Translations under genes and position numbers: made by a program | The notes under the pieces: model-generated | Told to the model about the DNA's origin: nothing | The model's database searches: none | The model's input: the letters and a program-made list of their open reading frames with translations, nothing else | Assembly: GCA_965233585.1 (NCBI GenBank) | Contig: CBDDTI010000594.1 | Span: 1-25,979 of the forward strand | DNA length: 25,979 bases | Origin: a bacterium | Lineage (GTDB): Bacteria > SAR324 > NAC60-12 | Direction: 5' to 3' | In this document: positions 23,805-25,979 of the stretch, piece by piece | Layout of the letters: each line of letters opens with the position of its first letter | How positions within the stretch are numbered: the first letter of the stretch is position 1

Positions 23805-25979
23805 AACTCTATGTTGGACTGGCCACTTTATACCCCCTCCCCCAACAGAGAATGCCTCTAACACACTTTCCTTTGAAAGGGGTCCTTGGGGTGAAAGGGG
23901 TCCTGGTCGCGCCGCGCGCGCGCGCGCCAAAATGGCTTCAATTTTGAGACCTTTTTGGCAAGCGCGCGCGCGGCGCGCCCAGGACCCCATTCACCCTGAG
24001 GACCCCTTTCAAGGGAAATCTTCTTCTCTATAAAGTGGCCAGTCCAGGTAAAACCCCTGAAAAAACAGAATCTATGTTGGACTGGCCACTTTATACCCCC
24101 TCCCCCAACAGAGAATGCCTCTATAAAGTGGCCAGTCCAGGTAAAACCCCTGAAAAAACAGAATCTATGTTGGACTGGCCACTTTATACCCCTTCCCCCA
24201 ACAGAGAATGCCTCTATAAAGTGGCCAGTCCAGGTAAAACCTCTGAAAAAACAGAATCTATGTTGGACTGGCCACTTTATACCCCCTCCCCCAACAGAGA
24301 ATGCCTCTATAAAGTGGCCAGTCCAAGTAAAACCCCTGAAAAAATAGAATCTATGTTGGATTGGCCACTTTATACCCCCTCCCCCAACAGAGAATGCCTC
24401 TATAAAGTGGACAGTCCAGGTAAAACCCCTGAAAAAACAGAATCTATGTTGGACTGGCCACTTTATACCCCCTCCCCCAACAGAGAATGCCTCTATAAAG
24501 TGGCCAGTTCAGGTAAAACCTCTGAAAAAACAAAATCTATGTTGGACTGGCCACTTTATACCCCCTCCCCCAACAGAGAATGCCTCTATAAAGTGGCCAG
24601 TCCAAGTAAAACCCCTGAAAAAATAGAATCTATGTTGGACTGGCCACTTTATACCCCTTCCCCCAAACAGAGAATGCCTCTATAAAGTGGCCAGTCCAGG
24701 TAAAACCCCTGAAAAAACAGAATCTATGTTGGACTGGCCACTTTATACCCCTTCCCCCAACAGAGAATGCCTCTATAAAGTGGCCAGTCCAGGTAAAACC
24801 CCTGAAAAAACAGAATCTATGTTGGACTGGCCACTTTATACCCCCTCCCCCAACAGAGAATGCCTCTATAAAGTGGCCGGTCCAGGTAAAACCCCTGAAA
24901 AAACAGAATCTATGTTGGACACTTTATACCCCCTCCCCTAACAGAGAATGCCTCTATAAAGTGGCCAGTCCAAGTAAAACCCCTGAAAAAACAGAATCTA
25001 TGTTGGACTGGCCACTTTATACCCCCTCCCCCAACAGAGAATGCCTCTATAAAGTGGCCAGTCCAAGTAAAACCCTGAAAAAACAGAATCTATGTTGGAC
25101 TGGCCACTTTATACCCCTTCCCCCAACAGAGAATGCCTCTATAAAATGGCCAGTCCAAGTAAAACCCCTGAAAAAACAGAATCTATGTTGGACTGGCCAC
25201 TTTATACCCCCTCCCCCAACAGAGAATGCCTCTATAAAGTGGACAGTCCAGGTAAAACCCCTGAAAAAACAGAATCTATGTTGGACTGGCCACTTTATAC
25301 CCCCTCCCCCAACAGAGAATGCCTCTATAAAGTGGCCAGTCCAGGTAAAACCTCTGAAAAAACAAAATCTATGTTGGACTGGCCACTTTATACCCCCTCC
25401 CCCAACAGAGAATGCCTCTATAAAGTGGCCAGTCCAAGTAAAACCCCTGAAAAAATAGAATCTATGTTGGACTGGCCACTTTATACCCCTTCCCCCAAAC
25501 AGAGAATGCCTCTATAAAGTGGCCAATCCAGGTAAAACCCCTGAAAAAACAGAATCTATGTTGGACTGGCCACTTTATACCCCTTCCCCCAACAGAGAAT
25601 GCCTCTATAAAGTGGCCAGTCCAGGTAAAACCCCTGAAAAAACAGAATCTATGTTGGACTGGCCACTTTATACCCCCTCCCCCAACAGAGAATGCCTCTA
25701 TAAAGTGGCCGGTCCAGGTAAAACCCCTGAAAAAACAGAATCTATGTTGGACACTTTATACCCCCTCCCCTAACAGAGAATGCCTCTATAAAGTGGCCAG
25801 TCCAAGTAAAACCCCTGAAAAAACAGAATCTATGTTGGACTGGCCACTTTATACCCCCTCCCCCAACAGAGAATGCCTCTATAAAGTGGCCAGTCCAAGT
25901 AAAACCCTGAAAAAACAGAATCTATGTTGGACTGGCCACTTTATACCCCTTCCCCCAACAGAGAATGCCTCTATAAAAT
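23805..25979. repeat. 93-bp tandem satellite with an internal 18-bp inverted repeat; runs off the window end
   Basis: Unit = TATAAAGTGGCCAGTCCA + 31 nt + TGGACTGGCCACTTTATA + 26 nt. There are 21 complete units from 24029 (88-94 bp), a partial unit at 25972 and a partial interrupted unit upstream. Confidence 0.98.
23861..24025. mobile_element. 165-bp palindromic MITE-like insertion with 5-bp target-site duplication
   Basis: Near-perfect 152-bp palindrome at 23867-24018. CTCTA is duplicated at 23856-23860 and 24026-24030, whereas uninterrupted satellite units have a single CTCTA. Confidence 0.8.

Noticed and set aside
24035..25773. 31-aa repeat protein ORFs (ASPGKTPEKTESMLDWPLYTPSPNRECLYKV)
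   Set aside because: They arise because 93 is divisible by 3. Frameshifting indels (+1, -5, -1) are tolerated and propagated through the array.
24029..25979. CRISPR array
   Set aside because: The spacers are near-identical rather than unique, the repeats alternate in orientation, there are no cas genes, and the context is eukaryotic.
23378..25979. TATAAA motifs as TATA-box promoters
   Set aside because: They are parts of repeat arms in both orientations with no downstream gene.

Overview
Eukaryotic genomic DNA, most likely dinoflagellate (Symbiodiniaceae-like). This is inferred from tiny exons, AG|G junctions and frequent GC and GA 5' splice donors. None of the long six-frame ORFs is a real gene. 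The left ~11.5 kb holds + strand micro-exon genes that I reconstructed by hand: a coiled-coil-like protein (exons from 385 to at least ~4608) and a protein with four EF-hand-like motifs (7536-11077+). The two may be one transcript. From ~11.9 kb the window is a repeat patchwork interleaved with extremely AT-rich tracts. It includes two inverted copies of a (GTT)n-carrying element with a Helitron-like 3' end, one of them split by a ~1.3 kb CTACAAAA-motif insertion. It also holds two direct copies of a repeat with a tRNA T-arm-like hairpin and a foldback-like element. The window ends in a 93-bp satellite whose units each carry an 18-bp inverted repeat. The array has a 9-unit (832 bp) higher-order period, and a 152-bp palindrome with a 5-bp target duplication is inserted in its first unit. 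I found no CRISPR array, rRNA or complete tRNA. Exon models and family assignments were made by eye, without database support.
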